DNA of 64,000 bases from Candidatus Sulfomarinibacteraceae bacterium (GTDB lineage: Bacteria > Acidobacteriota > Thermoanaerobaculia > Thermoanaerobaculales > Sulfomarinibacteraceae). Of the stretch, positions 59,382 to 64,000 are shown one piece after another (positions within the stretch are counted from its first letter, which is position 1; the number at the start of each line of letters is the position of its first letter). The DNA is taken from NCBI GenBank assembly GCA_963796455.1, contig CAWCLO010000003.1, positions 64,001-128,000 of the forward strand. The letters run 5' to 3'. The notes below the pieces were generated by a model. That model searched no databases and was not told where the DNA came from. It saw only the letters and a list, made by a program, of their open reading frames with translations. The position numbers were made by a program, and so were the translations under genes.

Positions 59382-62300
59382 TTATCGGACTGGGTTCTCC
59401 GGACGCTCCGGGCGAAGCGGCGGGTTCTTCTCGAGAGCCGCCAGGACTTCGGCGATCGCCCGCTCGAGTTGCGGGTCACCGCCATCCACCATCAAGGACG
59501 GATCATCGATGACTTCGATATCGGGATCGACACCGTAGCCTTCCACGTCCCACTCACCATCAAGGTTGTAGAACGAAAACGTCGGAACGGTCAGACGACC
59601 GCCATCGATCAGGCCCGGTGCTCCGGTGTAACCGATGAGCCCGCCCCAGGTCCGGGTCCCGATCAGGGGGCCGAGACCGGCGGCGCGGAAATAGAACGGG
59701 AATGCGTCGCCACCCGAACCGCTCCAGGAATTGATGAGCATGGTCTTGGGCCCGTGGTGGGCAATGGTCGGGGTCTGCCACTGATTCCCCGCACGCACAC
59801 CCCAGAAGTTGTAGAGCGGCCGATTGAGGAGCTCGATGAAACGATCCGGCACCTGGCCGCCGTTGTTGAAGCGCTCGTCGATGATCAAGCCTTCCTTTGC
59901 AAACTGCGGACGGAACATCCGGTAAAGCTCGGTCTGCCCGCCGACCCCGGTGCTCGGCACATAGATGTAGCCGACCCGGCCATCGGTCGCTACGTCGACC
60001 TTGCGGCGATTGGCTTCGATCCAGGCAAGGTTGCGCAACCGCGACTCGTCGGAGAGTGTCTCGACGAGGACCTCCCGGGCTCCTTCCAGGGTTGGGCCGT
60101 CATTGACCGTGAGGATCACGGTGCTTTCGGCGAACCCTTCGAATGAAGCCCACGGATCCTTGTTCGTGTCGATCGCGACACCGTTGACCGCCAAAATATA
60201 GTCACCCTCGTCGACATCGACACCGGGCTCGGCCAAAGGCGAGCGGACCTCGGTATCCCAGGGCGCTGCAGTCACGATCTTTTTGATTCTGTAGGCCCCG
60301 TCGGCAAGCTCCCAGTCGACCCCGAGGAGGCCACCGCCGCGCCGTGCGCCACGCTCGACGTCACCTCCGCCACGGTAGGAGTGCGAGGTGTTGATTTCGC
60401 CGATGAGCTCGCCAATCACAAAGTTGAGGTCCCAGCGGGTGATCACATCCTCGAGCATGGCGCCATAACGTTCCCGCATGGCCTGCCAGTCAACCCCGTG
60501 CATCTTCGGATCATAGAAGAAATCGCGTTCGAGGCGCCACGCGTCATTGAATAGCTGCTGCCACTCCTGCGGCGGCACGATCGTCATTTTCATCGAGCCG
60601 GTATCGAGCTTTTTGTCCATCTTCTGACTGGCCGCAACCTTGACGATGGCGAATGACCCGCTCGATACCACGAGCAGGCTTTTTCCATCGGCAGAGAGCA
60701 CGTAGTCGTCGATATCATCGAGGATCGACTTTTCTTCACGTTCCTCGAGATCCCAGTAGACAAGAGGCGATTTTTCGTCGTCAGAACCCGTTCGCGGGGC
60801 CCGCTGATACAGCACCTTGCCTTTGACGGCACCGAGACTGTCGTACTGACCCGCATCGGGAGGCAGAACTACCGCCCGGGCTTCAAAGCCATCAAGATCG
60901 ATCACGAGCCTTTTCTTTTCAGCTTCCTTGTCGTCTTTTTCGTCGTTCCCGTCCTTGCCATTTTCGTCGTCGCCCTCACCCTTCTCGTCCTTTTTGTCCC
61001 CCTCCTCGATATCGTTTCGCGGCGCCAGGGGCGATGGCACATCGTCGCGCAGCGGCACGGCGACGAGGTTGGTGGTATTGGCGTAGATCCACGACGGATC
61101 GAGCTCGGCGTAGATCGGGGAGTAACTGGCGTCGGACAAATAGTAGAGATAGTCGCCCTCGGGATCGAAGACCGGCGCATAACACTCGACGAAACCCGCC
61201 GTCACCTGGTGCCGCTCGGATGATTCGGAGTCGTAGAGCATGACCACCGAAAGACGGTTGTCCAGACCTCGAGAATAGGCAAACCAGCGGCTGTCGGAGG
61301 ACCAACTGACCTCGAAAGCGTTGAGGGCGCCCTGGTACATCCAGAGACCCTGGTCCACCGTGGTCACAGTCCCCGTTGCAAAGTCGTAGAGCCGGATAAA
61401 CTGCTCGTTGTCGATGAAAACGATCTTCTTGCTGTCCGGAGACCACATCGGCGAGTAACGATAGCCCGGTCCCATGGAGGTCAGCGTTTTTTCGCCGCCG
61501 CTCCCATCGGCGGGTCGTACGGTGAGTTCATACTCACCACTGCGGTCTGAGAAGTAGGCGATGGAAGTGCCATCCGGCGACCAGGCCGGATAACGCTCCG
61601 CAAAGGCCGAACTGCGGGTCAGATTGCGGACCACACCGTGCTCGGCGGGGAGGCTGAAGACCTCTCCTCGTGCCTCGAGCACCGCCCTCTTGCCACTCGG
61701 AGAGATATCGCCGTTGACCACCCGCTGACCGACCCCGACCGTGCGCGGCCGCAAGGTCGCGCGGTCCGTGATGACCTGAACATCAACCGCTTTTGCGGTT
61801 TCGGTCGCCAGATCCATCACGTAGAGGCGGCCGCCGTTTTCAAAAACCATGTCATCGGGTCCGATCGCCGGGAAATGGGTATCGAAATCGGCAAAATGGG
61901 TCACCTGACGGAACGCGTCGGTCTCCAATTCATATGCCCAGATATTCGCACGCATATTTTTGTCGCGATCGGAAAGAAAATAGAGGGTCGATCCGTGCCA
62001 CATCGGTTGCCCATCGTTGGCATCGTTGCCCGTGATGTTCCGGGACTTTTGATCATCGAGGCCAAAAAGCAAGATTTCGGGCGCCGTCCCGCCCCGGTAG
62101 CGTTTCCAGGTGCGGAAATCGCGTGAGAGCGGTTGGTAGGCAAGCGTCTTCCCATTGGGGGAGATCGCACCGAACTCTCCATATGGCACCGGAAGGACCG
62201 TCGGCAGGCCGCCGTCGATCGATGCGCGATAGAGCTTGTTGAATCTTTGTTTTTCGCTGCTCATCCTGGTCGCGTAGAGCACCGCATCGCCACCCGGGTA

Positions 62301-62651
62301 CCAATCGATCATCCTGTCGACCCCCGGGTGGTGGGTCAGCCGGGACGGCAGACCACCGGTCACCGGCATCGCGTAGACATCGCTGTTGCCGTCGTAGTTT
62401 CCGCTGAAGGCGATCCGGGTGCCATCGGGTGAAAAACGAGGGAAGCTCTCCTCACCCTTCGGGGTGCTCAAACGGTGCGCGATTCCACCTTCTTTGGCCA
62501 CGACCCAGATATCGCCCCCGTAGACAAAGACGATCTGGTCGGCCGATACATCGGGCTGCCGCAGAAGACGGGCGTCGATCTGGGCATCTGCGACGACTGC
62601 CGCCAAACACATGATTCCCAGGACGGCTACAATTCGGAGACTGTGGTGCAT
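59382..62651 (-). CDS. Tricorn protease homolog (S41 peptidase)
   Basis: Signal peptide, PD40-type propeller repeats, WKRYRGG, PDZ-like region, IDERFNNGG, SGSGGD, IGTRTWGG, DPQLERAI. Confidence 0.96.
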   Translation of the reverse strand: MHHSLRIVAVLGIMCLAAVVADAQIDARLLRQPDVSADQIVFVYGGDIWVVAKEGGIAHRLSTPKGEESFPRFSPDGTRIAFSGNYDGNSDVYAMPVTGGLPSRLTHHPGVDRMIDWYPGGDAVLYATRMSSEKQRFNKLYRASIDGGLPTVLPVPYGEFGAISPNGKTLAYQPLSRDFRTWKRYRGGTAPEILLFGLDDQKSRNITGNDANDGQPMWHGSTLYFLSDRDKNMRANIWAYELETDAFRQVTHFADFDTHFPAIGPDDMVFENGGRLYVMDLATETAKAVDVQVITDRATLRPRTVGVGQRVVNGDISPSGKRAVLEARGEVFSLPAEHGVVRNLTRSSAFAERYPAWSPDGTSIAYFSDRSGEYELTVRPADGSGGEKTLTSMGPGYRYSPMWSPDSKKIVFIDNEQFIRLYDFATGTVTTVDQGLWMYQGALNAFEVSWSSDSRWFAYSRGLDNRLSVVMLYDSESSERHQVTAGFVECYAPVFDPEGDYLYYLSDASYSPIYAELDPSWIYANTTNLVAVPLRDDVPSPLAPRNDIEEGDKKDEKGEGDDENGKDGNDEKDDKEAEKKRLVIDLDGFEARAVVLPPDAGQYDSLGAVKGKVLYQRAPRTGSDDEKSPLVYWDLEEREEKSILDDIDDYVLSADGKSLLVVSSGSFAIVKVAASQKMDKKLDTGSMKMTIVPPQEWQQLFNDAWRLERDFFYDPKMHGVDWQAMRERYGAMLEDVITRWDLNFVIGELIGEINTSHSYRGGGDVERGARRGGGLLGVDWELADGAYRIKKIVTAAPWDTEVRSPLAEPGVDVDEGDYILAVNGVAIDTNKDPWASFEGFAESTVILTVNDGPTLEGAREVLVETLSDESRLRNLAWIEANRRKVDVATDGRVGYIYVPSTGVGGQTELYRMFRPQFAKEGLIIDERFNNGGQVPDRFIELLNRPLYNFWGVRAGNQWQTPTIAHHGPKTMLINSWSGSGGDAFPFYFRAAGLGPLIGTRTWGGLIGYTGAPGLIDGGRLTVPTFSFYNLDGEWDVEGYGVDPDIEVIDDPSLMVDGGDPQLERAIAEVLAALEKNPPLRPERPENPVR

Positions 62652-62778
62652 GAAGCTCCCCCCAACAAAAAGATACGGCCCCGACTGGCTGCCACCAACC
62701 GGAGCCCGGAGAATTGTACGGCATCATCGGACGATTGTTCTGCCGCCTGCTATAACGGATCCTAGGAGAAAGGTTGTC

Positions 62779-63759
62779 ATGACGCCACCACAACTCGATC
62801 TCGACGGCTTCCAGCGGCTTCTGTGGGGCTTTGCCAGCCACCGGGTGATCACTGTCGCGGGTCGGACCGGCATGCTCCGCCTGCTGGCAGAACGATCAGT
62901 ATCACCGGAAGAAATCGCAACGGAGCTCGACCTCGACCCTTTGGCCGCCGGAAAAATCGTGAGAGCCTTGACCTCACTCGGCATCGCCGAGTCGGATGAG
63001 GGGCGATACCACGCCGCGACGACCTTGAGAGAGTTTTTTCGCGACGGTGATCACGACGTGGTGCCCTTTCTCGAGCACTCACACTCGATGTATGAACGGT
63101 GGGGTGACACTCTCGAGCCTTGGCTTCGCGGCGAGCAATGGCCGGTCGCGGAGCGTACGCCCGATGAGATCCACCGTTTTGGCGCGGCGATGCGGGCAAT
63201 GGGAGCGCAACAGGCGCGGCGCGTCGCCGGTCTTCTGGATCTTGAAGGAGTGAACAGGCTCCTCGATGTCGGCGGCGGTTGGGGCCATTTTGCCCAGGCA
63301 CTGTGTTCGGTTCGACCGGATCTGTCCGCCGTCGTCCTCGACACACCAGCCGTCGTCGAGCAGGCACGACGGGAGCTCGTCGGTTCCGTGTTCGAGGAGC
63401 GTATTGATTTTCTCGCAGGAGATTACCTTCAGACCGACTACGGATCGGACTTCGATATGGTGCTCTTCGCCAACGTGCTGCACCAGGAAACCGCCGAGCG
63501 GGCCGCCGAGATGGTGCGGCGGGGCGTTCAGTGCCTGGCTCCGGGTGGCTGGGTGACGGTGGTCGATTTCGCGATCGACGACCGGCAGCACGAGCATGTG
63601 CTCGGAGCCCTGTTCGCCATCAACATGCGCTCCTTTGGAGATACCTGGACCGAAAAAACGATCAATGGTTGGCTGGCGGATGCCGGTCTCGGCGATTTTC
63701 AACGAACCGACGTCGGACCTGATCGATGGATTCTGAGTGGACGGAAGCCGATGACCTGA
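62779..63759 (+). CDS. SAM-dependent O-methyltransferase (Methyltransf_2, with dimerisation domain)
   Basis: LLDVGGGWG, VLDTP, AGDY, ANVLH; ATG at 62779. Confidence 0.9.
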   Translation: MTPPQLDLDGFQRLLWGFASHRVITVAGRTGMLRLLAERSVSPEEIATELDLDPLAAGKIVRALTSLGIAESDEGRYHAATTLREFFRDGDHDVVPFLEHSHSMYERWGDTLEPWLRGEQWPVAERTPDEIHRFGAAMRAMGAQQARRVAGLLDLEGVNRLLDVGGGWGHFAQALCSVRPDLSAVVLDTPAVVEQARRELVGSVFEERIDFLAGDYLQTDYGSDFDMVLFANVLHQETAERAAEMVRRGVQCLAPGGWVTVVDFAIDDRQHEHVLGALFAINMRSFGDTWTEKTINGWLADAGLGDFQRTDVGPDRWILSGRKPMT

Positions 63760-63779
63760 GGGGAGAGTACAGATCGCCT

Positions 63780-63910
63780 TCCCTGTCCGATCCCGATCCA
63801 TTCCCGAGAGTTCGGAGAATCGGGAAAGGGGGAAAGGGCGTCTGAAGTTCGAGTTCGAAAAAGACGGAGCGGAAAATCTCTCGCGATTTCTTTCTCCCGC
63901 TCCCTTTCCA
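63780..63910. repeat. Degenerate GGAAAGG/CCTTTCC and CCCGAT repeat patch between convergent genes
   Basis: ccgatcccgatcc..atcgggaaagggggaaaggg..tttctttctcccgctccctttcc. Confidence 0.45.
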
Positions 63911-63913
63911 GAA

Positions 63914-64000
63914 TCAGGCGGCGTCGGCGAGCACCGCCTCTTCCTCGGTGGATTCGTCATACAAAACCACTTCGGAGCCATCCCCATAGACGGCGGTGAA
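63914..64000 (-). CDS. C-terminal end of an unidentified protein (runs off the window end)
   Basis: Open frame FTAVYGDGSEVVLYDESTEEEAVLADAA* with typical codon usage. Confidence 0.6.
   Translation of the reverse strand, partial: FTAVYGDGSEVVLYDESTEEEAVLADAA

Overview
GC-rich bacterial chromosomal window, mostly housekeeping and metabolic genes. Gene content suggests an Acidobacteriota (Thermoanaerobaculia-like) or deltaproteobacteria-like organism; this is inference only. Recognisable genes: lon, a complete Rrf2-sufBCDSU-sufT operon, a two-component system divergent from a B12-dependent radical SAM gene, an amidase, rhaD, a hemerythrin/TorD-like/hemerythrin trio, epmB-efp-epmA, topoisomerase IV-type parE/parC, pyk, class II DAHP synthase, a Cys-rich MarR plus arsM, an M23 peptidase plus a bactofilin-like gene, gcvT-H-PA-PB and a tricorn protease. 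I found no rRNA, tRNA, CRISPR array, transposase or reverse transcriptase. The most unusual signal is non-coding. One intergenic element occurs four times: one copy carries an intact four-helix-bundle (IVP/Avd-like) gene whose ribosome-binding site lies inside a long hairpin, one is internally deleted at a 7-bp microhomology, and two are empty. Many other intergenic gaps hold arrays of 6-8-nt tandem units followed by their reverse complements, forming several dispersed families. Three genes carry single-base frameshifts that are probably assembly errors. All coordinates and alignments were read by eye.
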